Source of the DNA: Calditrichia bacterium
GTDB taxonomy: Bacteria; Calditrichota; Calditrichia; RBG-13-44-9; J075
Assembly (NCBI GenBank): GCA_050633245.1
Contig: JBOEGD010000030.1
Location: 64,001 to 128,000, forward strand
Length of the DNA: 64,000 bases
Reading direction: 5' to 3'
Part shown: positions 50,231 to 60,587 of the stretch, piece after piece
How positions within the stretch are numbered: position 1 is the stretch's first letter
Layout of the letters: every line of letters starts with the position of its first letter
The notes under the pieces: model-generated
The model's database searches: none
The model's input: the letters and a program-made list of their open reading frames with translations, nothing else
What the model was told of the DNA's origin: nothing
Program-made: the position numbers and the translations under genes

Positions 50231-51484
50231 CTACTCGTCGTATTTTTTGAACACTGCAATGGCATTGTGCCCACCAAAGCCAAAGGTATTACTCATAGCA
50301 ACGTTAATTGTCTTTTCCTTCTTTTTGCCAAGCGTCAGGTCAATCCTTGTCTCCATATCAGGGTCGAGAGTATGGTGATTAATCGTCGGTGGAACGACAT
50401 TGTCATGAATTGCCAGCACGGTTGCCATTCCTTCGATTGCTCCGGCAGCACCAAGTAAGTGTCCTGTCATAGATTTCGTTGCACTAACGTTGATCTTATC
50501 AACCGTCTCGGCAAAAACTTTCTCAATGGCCTTTACTTCACTGACGTCTCCAACCGGAGTAGCCGTCGCATGCGCATTAATATAGTCGACATCGTTTGGA
50601 TGCAACCCGGCATCGTCAAGCGCCGCATTCATGCCGAGCACCGCTCCCAATCCTTCCGGATGTGTCGAGGTAATATGATAGGCATCTGCTGCCATTCCTC
50701 CACCAACCACTTCTGCATAAATGGTTGCGCCTCGTGCTTTCGCGTGTTCCATTTCTTCCAGAATCAACGCCACGCCACCTTCACCGAGCACAAAACCGTC
50801 ACGGTCTTTGCAAAAAGGACGCGAGGCTGTTTTCGGATCATCGTTACGTTCAGACAAGGCGCGCATTGCACTAAATCCACCCATACCGCTTTCCGTAACG
50901 GCCGCTTCCGAGCCACCGGAGACAATAATATTTGCCTTACCGTAGCGAATAGCATTAAATCCATCGATTAGCGCATTTGTAGAGGATGCACAGGCTGAGA
51001 CCGTTGCATAATTGGGACCGCGGAAACCATTCTTAATGGAAATCATTCCCGCAGCCAGATCTACAATCAGGCGCGTAATAAAAAATGGCGTAAAGCGTGG
51101 CTTGCCATTATTCTTTGCGTGCTTATATACTTCTTCCTGAAAGGAAAATAATCCACCTACTCCGGAAGCCCAAATTACACCAACGCGATTTTTATCAATC
51201 TTTTCCAGGTCCAAACCAGAATCGTTGAGAGCCTCATCAGCAGCAATCATCGCATAATGAACGAAGAAATCATTCTTACGTGCTTCCTTGCGATCAAAAT
51301 AATTTAGCGGGTCGTAGTTTTTAACCTCGCAGGCAAAACGGGTTTTATATTGACTGGCATCGAAGCGGGTAATTTCCGCAGCACCGCTCTCACCTGCCTG
51401 CATAGCTTTCCACGTTTCCTGCCAGGTATTGCCTAACGGCGTAAGGGCGCCTAATCCCGTTACAGCAACTCGTTTTAATTCCAT
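50231..51484 (-). CDS. fabF: 3-oxoacyl-ACP synthase II
   Basis: SACASS, NAHATATPVGD, KSMTGHLLGAAG, NTFGFGGHN. Confidence 0.96.
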   Translation of the reverse strand: MELKRVAVTGLGALTPLGNTWQETWKAMQAGESGAAEITRFDASQYKTRFACEVKNYDPLNYFDRKEARKNDFFVHYAMIAADEALNDSGLDLEKIDKNRVGVIWASGVGGLFSFQEEVYKHAKNNGKPRFTPFFITRLIVDLAAGMISIKNGFRGPNYATVSACASSTNALIDGFNAIRYGKANIIVSGGSEAAVTESGMGGFSAMRALSERNDDPKTASRPFCKDRDGFVLGEGGVALILEEMEHAKARGATIYAEVVGGGMAADAYHITSTHPEGLGAVLGMNAALDDAGLHPNDVDYINAHATATPVGDVSEVKAIEKVFAETVDKINVSATKSMTGHLLGAAGAIEGMATVLAIHDNVVPPTINHHTLDPDMETRIDLTLGKKKEKTINVAMSNTFGFGGHNAIAVFKKYDE

Positions 51485-51716
51485 TGGAATTCTCCTGCAA
51501 TTGATCGCATTTTATATTTCTATTCTATAGTTATATCTTATTACTCAAACAAGCAGTGCAGAGCTTGCCTATAAATGCGTCTTAAACTACATTCCTCAAA
51601 TATGGTTGTGCAATCAAAAAAGAAAAACACTGTTCAGAAGTCAGAACAATTTTATTTTTTTACCTCTCTAATGCAAACGGGCAGCACTGATATCAATAAA
51701 ATCATGAGGTTGTGAA

Positions 51717-52241
51717 ATGACACCAGCACAAGAGTTATTAGCAGAGCTTATATTAGAAGCAGAGGTAACGCGCAGCTACCTGGAAAAGGTACCATTCAAC
51801 GAAGCCGACTTTCAACCACACAAGAAGTCTGAAAAGCTTGGACGACTTGCGATCCACGTGGCGGAAATAATAGGCTGGTGGAAAGAATGCGTTGCTCATG
51901 ATCATCTGGACTTTATAGATTTTGAGCCAGAGCAGATTAAAACAACATCAGAACTTTTGGCTTATTTTGATAAATTGCTCGGAGAAGCAAAGGAAACATT
52001 GAACAAGGCCACCGACGCAGACTTTGATAGGCAATGGTCAATGCGCTATGGCGACGAAGTTCTTTTTACTCTGCCTAAAAAACAGGTAATTCGAATCTTT
52101 TGCATGAATCACCTTATTCACCATCGCGCTCAGTTGGGCGTTTACCTGCGTCTCCTTGACATAGAGATCCCGGCAACCTATGGGCCTTCTGCTGATGATG
52201 AGAATGTGATTCTCGTTCAGGAGTTTTCAAAAAGAGTCTAG
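51717..52241 (+). CDS. DinB/YfiT family protein
   Basis: LAIHVAE, NHLIHHRAQLGVYLRLL.I.IP.TYGPSAD. Confidence 0.9.
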   Translation: MTPAQELLAELILEAEVTRSYLEKVPFNEADFQPHKKSEKLGRLAIHVAEIIGWWKECVAHDHLDFIDFEPEQIKTTSELLAYFDKLLGEAKETLNKATDADFDRQWSMRYGDEVLFTLPKKQVIRIFCMNHLIHHRAQLGVYLRLLDIEIPATYGPSADDENVILVQEFSKRV

Positions 52242-52271
52242 TTCAACAACCAGATTTCAAGGAGAAAAACA

Positions 52272-52697
52272 TTGATTGTTCGCGAGATGACACTGGAAGA
52301 TGCTAAACAAACAACAAGCCTTGCCAACCAGCTCGGTTATAGTGTTCCGGAAGAATCCGTCACCGCGCACATCAAAGAGATCGCTGCGCACTCCGACCAT
52401 TTTATATTTGTTGCAATTCTGGACAATAGAGTAATCGGCTTTATTCACGGATGCCGGATGCTTCGACTCACCTCACTTCCGTTTTTGGAAATTTGCGGTC
52501 TTGTAGTCAGCATAGAACACCGCAGAGAAGGAATCGGTAAAAAGCTGGTTCGACATTTGGAAACATTTTCAGAAAACATGCCTGTACGCGTACGATGTAA
52601 TATCAAGCGGACATCTGCACATGAGTTTTATCAACACCTCGGCTATTCCGAGAAAAAAGAACAAAAAGTGTTCATCGCCCAAAGATCAGCAGGGTAA
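52272..52697 (+). CDS. GNAT N-acetyltransferase
   Basis: LVVSIEHRREGIGKKL, AHEFYQHLGY; TTG start after AAGGAG. Confidence 0.88.
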   Translation: MIVREMTLEDAKQTTSLANQLGYSVPEESVTAHIKEIAAHSDHFIFVAILDNRVIGFIHGCRMLRLTSLPFLEICGLVVSIEHRREGIGKKLVRHLETFSENMPVRVRCNIKRTSAHEFYQHLGYSEKKEQKVFIAQRSAG

Positions 52698-52730
52698 TCT
52701 TCTCATTCACCCAAAACAACGTTAAAGCCC

Positions 52731-53546
52731 GTGAAGCCAGCATCCGAACTAAGACAACTCTACACGCCAATTCAGCCGACGGTAAAACAGGCGGCCGAGA
52801 ACGTAACATATCGCGAATATCTTCCAAATGAAAAACTACAGTCTTTTATCTACTGCTACTGGGAACTGAAAACAACACGGGTTCTGAAAAAGAACTTCAA
52901 CTACCGGGTGGTGGCCGATGGCTGCATCGATATCTTCTTTGAGCTGAACAGACCTTCAGAGAACTTTGTCATGGGGTTTTGCAAAAAGTACACCGAGTTT
53001 TTGCTGGATAATTCATTCCATCACTTCGGCGTTCGCTTTCTTCCAACAATGTTTCCCCAATTCTTTACTGTCGACGCCTCTGAGCTTAGTAATCGCTACG
53101 AAGCACTGGAAATGGTTGCTCCTAAAACCGGGCATTATATTTCAACTATTCTTTCCGCAGAACAGAACGGTTCTCAAATCTGTAAGCTGCTGGATGCACA
53201 TTTCCTCAACATTCTTGCAGATATGGATTTCAATTCTGATTCCCGGCTTTATGAGGCGATCCATATTATTCTGCAAAAGTCTGGTGTATTAAATGTGCAA
53301 ACTGACTTAGATACCGGCATTAGTCCAAGACAGTTACGACGCCTCTTCAAATATTATATTGGGGATACTGCCAAGACATTTTCCAAAGTTGTTCGCTTTC
53401 AAAACATCCTTCGGGCAAAGCCTTCTACACAAAGCCTAAAAGAGAACAAGCTTTTCTTTGATGGTGGTTACTATGATCAAGCACATTTCATCAAAGAATT
53501 CAAAAACTTTTATGGCGTTACTCCCGGCAAAGCCTTTGGCAGATAA
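52731..53546 (+). CDS. AraC-family regulator (DUF6597-like N-terminus)
   Basis: ADGCIDIFF; SPRQLRRLF..IG; GYYDQAHFIKEFKNFYGVTP. Confidence 0.9.
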   Translation: MKPASELRQLYTPIQPTVKQAAENVTYREYLPNEKLQSFIYCYWELKTTRVLKKNFNYRVVADGCIDIFFELNRPSENFVMGFCKKYTEFLLDNSFHHFGVRFLPTMFPQFFTVDASELSNRYEALEMVAPKTGHYISTILSAEQNGSQICKLLDAHFLNILADMDFNSDSRLYEAIHIILQKSGVLNVQTDLDTGISPRQLRRLFKYYIGDTAKTFSKVVRFQNILRAKPSTQSLKENKLFFDGGYYDQAHFIKEFKNFYGVTPGKAFGR

Positions 53547-53624
53547 GAATGTCCGTTTTATACAATACTTCGCGACTTCCAATAAGTATGTTTATCTAAA
53601 CACTAAAACAAAAGGGAGTATCTT

Positions 53625-54005
53625 ATGAAGTTAAATGCAGGCGTTCTTACCGAAAAAATTGCTGAGAGCAAAGAGTTTTATACGAGTAAATTAGGATTTG
53701 GTGTAACGTTTGAGAATGAGTTTTATTTACTTCTTCATACACCAGACAGATCTGCTGAAATCAGTTTTCTTCTACCAAACCACCCGTCGCAACAGCCCTT
53801 CTTCCACAAGCCGTTTACCGGTGAGGGAATGTATTTGACAATTGAAGTCGAGGATGTTGATTCGATCTACCAAGACATAAAAAGTAAGGATGTTGATATA
53901 AAGGTTGAAATTCGCGATGAGCCCTGGGGAGACCGACACTTTGCTATCCAGGACCCCAACGGCATTGGAATCGACATTGTAAAGTATTCTCCGCCCGAAA
54001 GCTAA
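53625..54005 (+). CDS. VOC/glyoxalase family protein
   Basis: FY..LGF, EVEDVD, EPWGDRHFAIQDPNG. Confidence 0.9.
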   Translation: MKLNAGVLTEKIAESKEFYTSKLGFGVTFENEFYLLLHTPDRSAEISFLLPNHPSQQPFFHKPFTGEGMYLTIEVEDVDSIYQDIKSKDVDIKVEIRDEPWGDRHFAIQDPNGIGIDIVKYSPPES

Positions 54006-54194
54006 ACAACTCGGGCTAAGAGAGCTTAGATTATTTTGCAATCTTTTACAAACGCGCTGCAATCATCATCCCCGGACATGGCAAAGTTGGGGATCAGAGC
54101 CTTTTGGAATACACCGGAAACATGTTTAAATAATAAGCAGTAGAACGAGACTAATAGAATTATTCTAAAAGAATCCGAGGTGGAGTAGAAATTT

Positions 54195-54305
54195 ATGGCA
54201 GAATCTATTTATCCGTGTCTGTGGTTTAACGGCAAGGCCAAAGAAGCAGCTGAATTCTATGGAGCCATCTTCCGAGACAAAGGCGGCTTTAGCGGAATTC
54301 TTTAA
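54195..54305 (+). pseudogene. 5' remnant of a PhnB/3-demethylubiquinone-9 3-methyltransferase-like VOC gene
   Basis: GAGGTGGAG RBS then MAESIYPCLWFNGKAKEAAEFYGAIF; stops after 36 codons. Confidence 0.7.
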
Positions 54306-54570
54306 TTGGGACAATCCCGGTTTTAAGAAAATCGAAGTTCAAGCTCTAATTATTACAGAGCAGATTATTGATGGAAAAAAAGTCACCACCAAAGGTTACT
54401 TCACTCCATTTAAATGGGGAGAAGCTCGTTTCGAGACAATGCACTTCACGACGCTATTAACGTTCAATGAGCAGGGAAAAATTATTAAACAAGTAGACTG
54501 GATAAACTACCCAACGACCCTGCTGGACTATAATAAGAGAAAAAACTCCAATGAAGATATTGCAAATTGA
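54275..54570 (+). pseudogene. 3' remnant of an NTF2/SnoaL-like gene
   Basis: KAALAEFFNW...HFTTLLTFNEQGKIIKQVDWINY; lacks the N-terminal part and its own RBS. Confidence 0.55.
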
Positions 54571-54582
54571 TTGGGTGCATCC

Positions 54583-55563
54583 ATGTCCCTTATAATTACC
54601 AACGGCGACAGCGCCGTACATCGTCTAAGAGCCTCCGGTTTTAGCGCCGAGATACTCCCCTGGCGGGATATTCTGCATGACGGCCCGGTGCCGAAAGACC
54701 TAACGCTTTCGGAACTTTCGAAGGTTCGCGCACTATTTATTGCTGAAATCAACCTGGGCGATTTTAGTGAGATCAGACAATCGTTCCAGCACCGCGATGC
54801 GATCGTGCAAAACCTGGACAAGTTTGAAGAAGTTATTCTTTGCTTCGAACACGACCTCTACGATCAGCTTCAGCTTCTGCAACTTCTAGACTGGTTATAT
54901 CACCATCCATCGCCAAATCAAAAGAGAACACTCATTTGTGAGGAAGAGTTTCTCGGTGAAATGTCCGTTGAACGTTTAAAAGAACTATACGCCAATCGCT
55001 CCAAGATTACAGATATACAGTTAGAGACAGCGAAACTCGGTTGGCAGGCATTTCGTTCAGACAATCCTGCAGAGTTAAACGAACTGATAATACAACCTCA
55101 TCCCGAACTGCCCTTTCTCAACAATGCGCTCATCCGTCTCATCGAAGAATATCCTTCCAGTCAAAATGGACTCGCCCGCAACGAAAACCAAATCTGTACG
55201 CTCATTTCAAATGGCGTCACGCAACCGGTCGAGCTTTTTCAAAAAGTGCAGGTCATGGAGGAAGCCAAATATCTTGGGGACTGGTCTTTTTGGCGCTATA
55301 TACAGAATTTGGCAAACACCGAGAATCCGCTAATTGCTACGCAGAATAATACCCCCTTCTGTTTTCCTCAGGAACCATTTCCCGATAAAGCCTTCAACTT
55401 GCAGGAGCTACAGCTGACAGAGCTTGGGGAAGACGTTCTGGCTGGGAAAGAAGATCGAGTCACGGTATGCGGTATCGACAAGTGGATTGGCGGAGTTCAT
55501 TTGACGACAAAGAACGATTGGCGTTGGGATAAACAAAAGACGGCAATGAAAAGACGGCAATGA
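54583..55563 (+). CDS. DUF1835-family protein
   Basis: ITNGDSA, WRDILHDGPV, FEHDLYDQLQL, DKWIGGVHL. Confidence 0.8.
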   Translation: MSLIITNGDSAVHRLRASGFSAEILPWRDILHDGPVPKDLTLSELSKVRALFIAEINLGDFSEIRQSFQHRDAIVQNLDKFEEVILCFEHDLYDQLQLLQLLDWLYHHPSPNQKRTLICEEEFLGEMSVERLKELYANRSKITDIQLETAKLGWQAFRSDNPAELNELIIQPHPELPFLNNALIRLIEEYPSSQNGLARNENQICTLISNGVTQPVELFQKVQVMEEAKYLGDWSFWRYIQNLANTENPLIATQNNTPFCFPQEPFPDKAFNLQELQLTELGEDVLAGKEDRVTVCGIDKWIGGVHLTTKNDWRWDKQKTAMKRRQ

Positions 55564-55574
55564 AAAGACGGCAA
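55535..55574 (+). repeat. 14-bp tandem repeat x about 3 across the stop codon
   Basis: aaaagacggcaatg aaaagacggcaatg aaaagacggcaa. Confidence 0.9.
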
Positions 55575-55580
55575 ATTCAT

Positions 55581-55750
55581 TTGACTCTTAATAAATATTG
55601 AATATATTCATTGAACACAGACATGCAACCTTGTGTTGCGCACCTGCTTTCTAACTTTAAGGAAGACCATCGGGGAAACAGGTGAATTCTTACGGAAAAC
55701 CTCCGTATACCTTAAATCAATTTAATTGATAGGGTGTGCGGAGGTTTTTT
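55581..55750 (+). promoter_or_regulatory. Promoter, 20-aa leader ORF (55623-55685) and attenuator-like terminator
   Basis: TTGACT-16-TATATT; MQPCVAHLLSNFKEDHRGNR; stem aaaacctccgtatacctt/agggtgtgcggaggtttt ending in a T-run; competing hairpin tacgga/tccgta. Confidence 0.6.
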
Positions 55751-55769
55751 AGTTCTACCGAGGAGAAAA

Positions 55770-56735
55770 ATGATTACACGCAGCGATATCACCAACACGT
55801 ACCGGTACATTAAAGACGATATCTACAAAACACCGCTGGTTCTTTCCCGTAAGCTAAGCGAGCTTTCTGGTGCCAATGTCTATCTGAAGATGGAGCAGCT
55901 GCAACACAGTGGCTCGTTCAAAATTCGCGGGGTCTTAAGCAAATTTCATACAATTAAGAAAGCCGATTTTAACAAACCATTTGTCGCAGCATCAACCGGC
56001 AACCACGGCGCGGCATTTTGTCATGCAGCAGACAAGCTCAATGTTAAAGGCGTTCTCTTCCTCCCGGAAGATACCAGCCCGGCAAAAGTACAGGCTCTGG
56101 AGGGCTCTGATGTAGAGATTATCTTCCACGGAGCAAACTGCATGGATGCCGAATCAAAAGCCGGCACGTATGCCAAGGAAGTAAACGGAATCCTCATCCA
56201 CCCCTATAATGATCTGGAAATAATAAAAGGGCAGGGCACAATAGGCCTCGAAATTGCCGAACAGCTGCCAGAAGTGAATACCATTCTGGCACCAATTGGC
56301 GGAGGAGGTCTTATTGGAGGAATTGCATCATATTTCAAAGATCTTCCGGATATCGATGTTGTTGGATGCCAACCGACAAACGCGGCGGAGATGTATCATT
56401 CGATAAAGGCAGGGCATATCGTACCACCAAGTACGCTGCACACAATATCCGATGCAACAGCTGGTGGGATCGAAGAGAAGTCGATCACCTTCGACATATG
56501 TAATAAGCTGCTCGATGGAATTGAACTCATTGATGAAGAAGACATTAAAAAGGCGCTGGCTTTCATTGTAAAATATCATCAAACGCTGATTGAACCCGCC
56601 TGCGCTATGCCTGTAGCGGCACTCCTCAACTCAAAACGCTATGCGGGAACAAATATCGTTTTGGTGCTCACCGGAAAGAAAGTCAACATCACCTTACTAA
56701 AAGAGATTTTAAATGCCTATTCCGATTGTTATTGA
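55770..56735 (+). CDS. PLP-dependent threonine/serine dehydratase (racemase) family
   Basis: KMEQLQHSGSFKIRG, ASTGNHG, GQGTIGLE, PIGGGGLI; GAGGAG RBS. Confidence 0.9.
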   Translation: MITRSDITNTYRYIKDDIYKTPLVLSRKLSELSGANVYLKMEQLQHSGSFKIRGVLSKFHTIKKADFNKPFVAASTGNHGAAFCHAADKLNVKGVLFLPEDTSPAKVQALEGSDVEIIFHGANCMDAESKAGTYAKEVNGILIHPYNDLEIIKGQGTIGLEIAEQLPEVNTILAPIGGGGLIGGIASYFKDLPDIDVVGCQPTNAAEMYHSIKAGHIVPPSTLHTISDATAGGIEEKSITFDICNKLLDGIELIDEEDIKKALAFIVKYHQTLIEPACAMPVAALLNSKRYAGTNIVLVLTGKKVNITLLKEILNAYSDCY

Positions 56736-57666
56736 CAAACAAGAAATCATCTCTGCTCTCGAGAGTATCGACATAATCTCCGCGATGCAAGCCGGTTTCA
56801 TTGCCTACAGCAATGGACAAGCAGTCGTTCCTCCAGTTGGCGAATTACTCTTCGAGCAACCAAAGGGTGAAGCGCATATCAAATACGGGTATATCAAAAG
56901 CGAGCCGTATTACGTCATTAAAATTGCCTCCGGCTTTTATGACAATCCACAGATGGGTCTTTCCTCCAGCCAGGGTTTAATGCTTCTCTTTAGTCAGCAA
57001 ACCGGACAGGCTATTGCCATTTTGCTCGATGAAGGTCATTTAACAGACGTGCGCACAGCAGCAGCCGGCGCACTGGCAGCAAAATACTTCGCTCCAAACG
57101 AGGTAAATGCTATCGGTATTCTCGGAACCGGCATACAGGCCAGATTTCAGTTGGAATATCTTCAACACGTCAGGCCATGCAAAAATGTTTGGATTTGGGG
57201 AAGAACGCCAGAGAATGTTCAAAAGCTTAAAGTAGATTTGAATAAGGATTTCGATATCCAGATCGCGGGTAGCCCGGCAGAAGTTGCACATCATGCCAAC
57301 CTAATTGTCACAACAACGCCATCCGGAACACCACTATTAAAAGCGGATGATATTCGTCCCGGTACTCATATAACAGCTGTTGGATCAGACACATCGACAA
57401 AACAGGAATTGCAAAGTGAGATCCTGGAAAGAGCAGACCTGGTTATTGCTGATAGTATCCCACAATCAAAAAGTCGCGGCGAAATATTCCGCGCTCTAAA
57501 AGCAGGTGTTTTGTTAGATGAAAACATCACTGAGCTCGGTATCGCCCTGCAAAACAATACTCTACGACGAACCAATGAAACGCAAATCAGCATCGTCGAT
57601 TTAACCGGCGTGGCAGTGCAAGACATAATGATCGCCAGCGCGGTGTATAACGCATTTAAGAGATAG
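56713..57666 (+). CDS. Ornithine cyclodeaminase/mu-crystallin family
   Basis: LTDVRTAAAG, GTGIQA, HITAVGSD, DLTGVAVQD. Confidence 0.9.
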   Translation: MPIPIVIDKQEIISALESIDIISAMQAGFIAYSNGQAVVPPVGELLFEQPKGEAHIKYGYIKSEPYYVIKIASGFYDNPQMGLSSSQGLMLLFSQQTGQAIAILLDEGHLTDVRTAAAGALAAKYFAPNEVNAIGILGTGIQARFQLEYLQHVRPCKNVWIWGRTPENVQKLKVDLNKDFDIQIAGSPAEVAHHANLIVTTTPSGTPLLKADDIRPGTHITAVGSDTSTKQELQSEILERADLVIADSIPQSKSRGEIFRALKAGVLLDENITELGIALQNNTLRRTNETQISIVDLTGVAVQDIMIASAVYNAFKR

Positions 57667-57677
57667 GAGAAAAAATC

Positions 57678-58796
57678 ATGAACATTCGCATCTTTGAACT
57701 GGAACGCGTCCAATCGCTCTATGAAAACACCGTTGACTACAATCTTACTGAAAGCGGCTTTCATCCATATACGCTCAGCGAGTTGCTTACAAAGAACCAG
57801 CTGGATGAGCTGAACAACACCGTTTTGGGATATGGGCAAACGAATGGCTCCATTCCGCTGCGCCGGCGAATTGCTGCCATGTATAATGGTGCAACAGAAG
57901 ACCATGTTCTGGTAACAAACGGCTCTGCGGAAGCCAATTTTATTGCCTGTCATAGCCTGCTGGAAAAAGGCGATGAAGTGGTTATGATGGTTCCCAACTA
58001 TATGCAGATCTGGGGAATCGCCGAAGAGATGGGATGCATACCCAAAGCCTGGCATTTGCGGGAAGAGAATAAGTGGGCTCCTGATTTAGATGAATTACGT
58101 TCGCTGGTTACGTCCAAAACAAAAATGATTGCTGTTTGCAATCCAAACAACCCAACCGGTTATACGCTTACTACTGCGGAGATGCAGGAAATTATCGATA
58201 TTGCAGAATCGGTCGGCGCCTGGGTATATGGTGATGAGGTGTATCGCGGTGCGGAACTAAACGGACAAACAATCCAAAGCTTCTTTGGCAAGTACGACAA
58301 AGTACTGGTCAACGGCGGACTTTCGAAAGCCTATGCCTTGCCGGGTCTGCGCCTGGGTTGGCTGGTTGGCCCGGAGAAAACTATTTCGGATACCTGGGCC
58401 TATAGCGACTACACCTCAATAACCGCTGGAATTATGAGTCATTATATTGGTGAAATAGCCCTCCGCCCACAAAAGCGCATGGAAATTTTAACCCGCAACC
58501 GAACTATGCTAAACGAAAATTTGATTGCGGTAAAGCAGTGGCTCGATCAATACGGCAGCCTATTTGAATATGTTGAGCCAAAGGCGGGCGGCATGTTTTT
58601 CATAAAATATCATCTGGATATTAATTCGACCGAACTGGCAGAATGGCTACGCACTGAGAAGAGTGTTTTTATCGTGGCGGGCGATTGCTATGGAATGGAT
58701 TATCATTTTAGAATCGGTATTGGTGAGCGCAAGGAGTATATTCTGGCAGGATTGGAAAGAATTAAACAGGCGTTAAAAGAGCGGTTTAATCTGTAG
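57678..58796 (+). CDS. Class I/II PLP aminotransferase
   Basis: NPNNPTG, DEVY, GLSKAYALPGLRLGW. Confidence 0.9.
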   Translation: MNIRIFELERVQSLYENTVDYNLTESGFHPYTLSELLTKNQLDELNNTVLGYGQTNGSIPLRRRIAAMYNGATEDHVLVTNGSAEANFIACHSLLEKGDEVVMMVPNYMQIWGIAEEMGCIPKAWHLREENKWAPDLDELRSLVTSKTKMIAVCNPNNPTGYTLTTAEMQEIIDIAESVGAWVYGDEVYRGAELNGQTIQSFFGKYDKVLVNGGLSKAYALPGLRLGWLVGPEKTISDTWAYSDYTSITAGIMSHYIGEIALRPQKRMEILTRNRTMLNENLIAVKQWLDQYGSLFEYVEPKAGGMFFIKYHLDINSTELAEWLRTEKSVFIVAGDCYGMDYHFRIGIGERKEYILAGLERIKQALKERFNL

Positions 58797-58900
58797 CGAA
58801 ATACACAGGGCTCAGGTGGAAAAGTTAAGGTAACTTTCGATCTCGTCTTTCGTATTTTCAGGCAGACATCTTTCTACATCAAACCCGGATTTTTCTTCGT

Positions 58901-60382
58901 ATGAAAAAAAGCTACCTGCTCATCGCTGTGCTCGCTGTAATAAAACTTGTCATTCAACTGCTCGGAAACCGCAATTATGGGTTTCATCGCGACGAGCTTC
59001 TTCATTTATCCGTCAGCGAGCATCTCGATTGGGGATTCATGGAGTTCCCGCCATTTATTGGCCTGGCTGGTAAGTTATCGTATCTGTTTTTCGACTACTC
59101 TCTCATGGGAACGCGTTTTTTTCCAACGCTCGCCGGAGTTGCAATACTCGTTTTGTGCTGTCTGATGGCCAGAGAGTTTAAAGGCTCATTCAAAGCAATG
59201 CTCCTTGCCGGTGTTTGTGTGCTGGCGTTTCTGCCATTCTACAGGAACCACACCCTGTTTCAGCCGGTCGCCTTCGATCAGCTGTTCTGGACACTTGGGT
59301 TTTATTTCTGGATTCGCTTTATCAACACGGAAGACAAAAATTATTTGCTACTCACCGGCTTGACTCTCGGCGCCGGGTTAATGAATAAATACACCATCAT
59401 TATTTGGGCATTTGGAATCTTTTCAGGAATACTTTTGTCGGATCAAAAGAGCCTGCTGAAAGACAAATGGCTATACCTTTCCGGGTTATTAGCACTTGCT
59501 ATCTTTCTGCCGAATATTATCTGGCAGCTCGAAAACGGCGTTCCTTTTATCAGACATCTTCAAGAGTTGAGCAGCAGTCAACTGGACGAAATAAGCTGGT
59601 ATGATTTTGGACTTCAGCAGCTGGCCTTTCCGGTAACGCTTATCATCAGTATTATCGGCGTAAATGCACTGATCCGCGGAAAGACGTACCGATCCGTCGG
59701 CGTGGCGGCAATTATCATTTTTATCACCATGTGGGCACTCAAATCCAAAGCCTACTATGTTTTTGCACTTTATCCGGTACTGTTCGCTGCCGGCTCTGCT
59801 AAAGTTGAGGCCATGTTGTCTGCCAGAAACCCAATATGGATTTATACTTCCTCCGCTATTCTTTTTCTGTCAATTGTCCCTTTCATTCCTCACCTGACTC
59901 CTGTATTACCAATCGATCAATTCATAAAGTATGCGGATATCAACGCGGAAGCCGGTCGCTATGAACTCACCGGCGACTACGCAGATATGTTTGGCTGGGA
60001 AGAGCAAGCCGCTCTTGTAGACAGTGTTTATGGAGCGCTGAGTGATGAAGAACGCGCCAATTGCGTTCTTTGGGCTGAGAATTACGGCGAAGCCGGGGCT
60101 CTAAAAATATTGGGAAGGAAATATGGTTTACCAAATCCAATTAGTCGGCACGGCAGTTTTTGGTCCTGGGGCCACGGTAATGCGAATGCTTCGGTCTGGA
60201 TAAGCCTTGGCAATGAACAGGATGCCGTTGAGTGGATTTTTAATGACGTTGAACTCGTCACAACAATTACTCATCCATATGCCATTGGTGAAGAGAATGG
60301 CATCCCGCTTTACGTTTGCCGAACACCAAAGCGAGATGTCGCTCAGTGGTGGAAAGACTATGAGCCATATATTTTTGATTAA
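58901..60382 (+). CDS. Membrane glycosyltransferase, GT39/ArnT-like
   Basis: YGFHRDE, WGFMEFPP, KYT, PNIIWQ, multiple TM helices. Confidence 0.85.
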   Translation: MKKSYLLIAVLAVIKLVIQLLGNRNYGFHRDELLHLSVSEHLDWGFMEFPPFIGLAGKLSYLFFDYSLMGTRFFPTLAGVAILVLCCLMAREFKGSFKAMLLAGVCVLAFLPFYRNHTLFQPVAFDQLFWTLGFYFWIRFINTEDKNYLLLTGLTLGAGLMNKYTIIIWAFGIFSGILLSDQKSLLKDKWLYLSGLLALAIFLPNIIWQLENGVPFIRHLQELSSSQLDEISWYDFGLQQLAFPVTLIISIIGVNALIRGKTYRSVGVAAIIIFITMWALKSKAYYVFALYPVLFAAGSAKVEAMLSARNPIWIYTSSAILFLSIVPFIPHLTPVLPIDQFIKYADINAEAGRYELTGDYADMFGWEEQAALVDSVYGALSDEERANCVLWAENYGEAGALKILGRKYGLPNPISRHGSFWSWGHGNANASVWISLGNEQDAVEWIFNDVELVTTITHPYAIGEENGIPLYVCRTPKRDVAQWWKDYEPYIFD

Positions 60383-60587
60383 CAGACAGTATTAGTCGTT
60401 TGTTCCAAATCGTAATTTCCACTTGTTTTCAAACCATCGACGTCTGCAAAAACTGAATCAGGTTTTATCGCAGTTTCAACTGCGCTTCTTAGAGCTAACC
60501 GGGCAGGAAGAGTTGATGAAAACGCTATATGAAGATGCGATCAAACAAATGAAACAGTAGCACGTAAGCTAAAGGAAACTCATTTTT

